DNA from: Amoeboradix gromovi X-113
Taxonomy: Eukaryota > Fungi > Sanchytriomycota
Assembly (NCBI GenBank): GCA_018985225.1
Contig: JADGIF010000490.1
Coordinates: 1 to 7,766, forward strand
Direction of reading: 5' to 3'
DNA: 7,766 nt
Every line of letters starts with the position of its first letter. The stretch's first letter is position 1. This document shows, piece by piece, positions 7,561 through 7,766 of this stretch. The position numbers were made by a program, and so were the translations under genes. Below the pieces are notes generated by a model. It saw nothing but the letters and a program-made list of their open reading frames with translations, did not search any database and was not told the DNA's origin.

Positions 7561-7766
7561 GGGACATCAAATATAAAACCTGGACTAACTTTCTGTAACG
7601 ACTTGGAACATTATTTCAGCTTTATTAATTTATGGATTTAAGAGGCGAGTGGACATTCAGCTAGTTGCGGAGTTGACGAGTATAAAAGGAAATAAACAAC
7701 TTTTTGTATCGAAATTTCAAAAATAAATATTCTGTACAGCTATTCTCTTACTCTTTCATCCAATCT
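7561..7766 (+). mobile_element. TIR element copy 3: left end of a more diverged, probably longer family member, truncated by the window edge
   Basis: GGGACATCAAATATAAAACCTGGACTAACTTTCTG..CATTATTTCA (7561 to ~7618) matches the left end of copies 1 and 2. AGTATAAAAG (7679-7688) and CTTTCATCCA (7753-7762) match the copy-2-specific segment. Confidence 0.75.

Noticed and set aside
1-7766. CRISPR array, tRNA, rRNA, snRNA or prokaryotic operon
   Set aside because: No regularly spaced repeats or recognisable RNA-gene motifs, and the gene content is eukaryotic.

Overview
AT-rich, very gene-dense eukaryotic DNA in the standard genetic code (genes end in TAA, TAG and TGA). It may come from a compact-genome, centriole-bearing fungus-like lineage (inference). 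Four protein genes are supportable: (1) a small protein with two CxC-x12-H-x3-C zinc-finger repeats; (2) a 957-aa CEP350/CAP350-like protein with a DUF4378-type C-terminus; (3) an Sds3/SUDS3-like Sin3-HDAC subunit on the minus strand, which the ORF track splits in two but which is rejoined in frame by a putative 20-nt GT-AG intron containing CTAAC; (4) an EamA/DMT (SLC35F-like) transporter. Three copies of one GGG...CCC terminal-inverted-repeat element (232-532, 5316-5763 inverted, 7561 to window end) look like a nested deletion series. The 448-bp copy keeps a TATA box, a basic NLS-like ORF start and a reading frame that ends inside the TIR, and that frame is also open in the 301-bp copy. This copy fills almost the whole space between two divergent genes.
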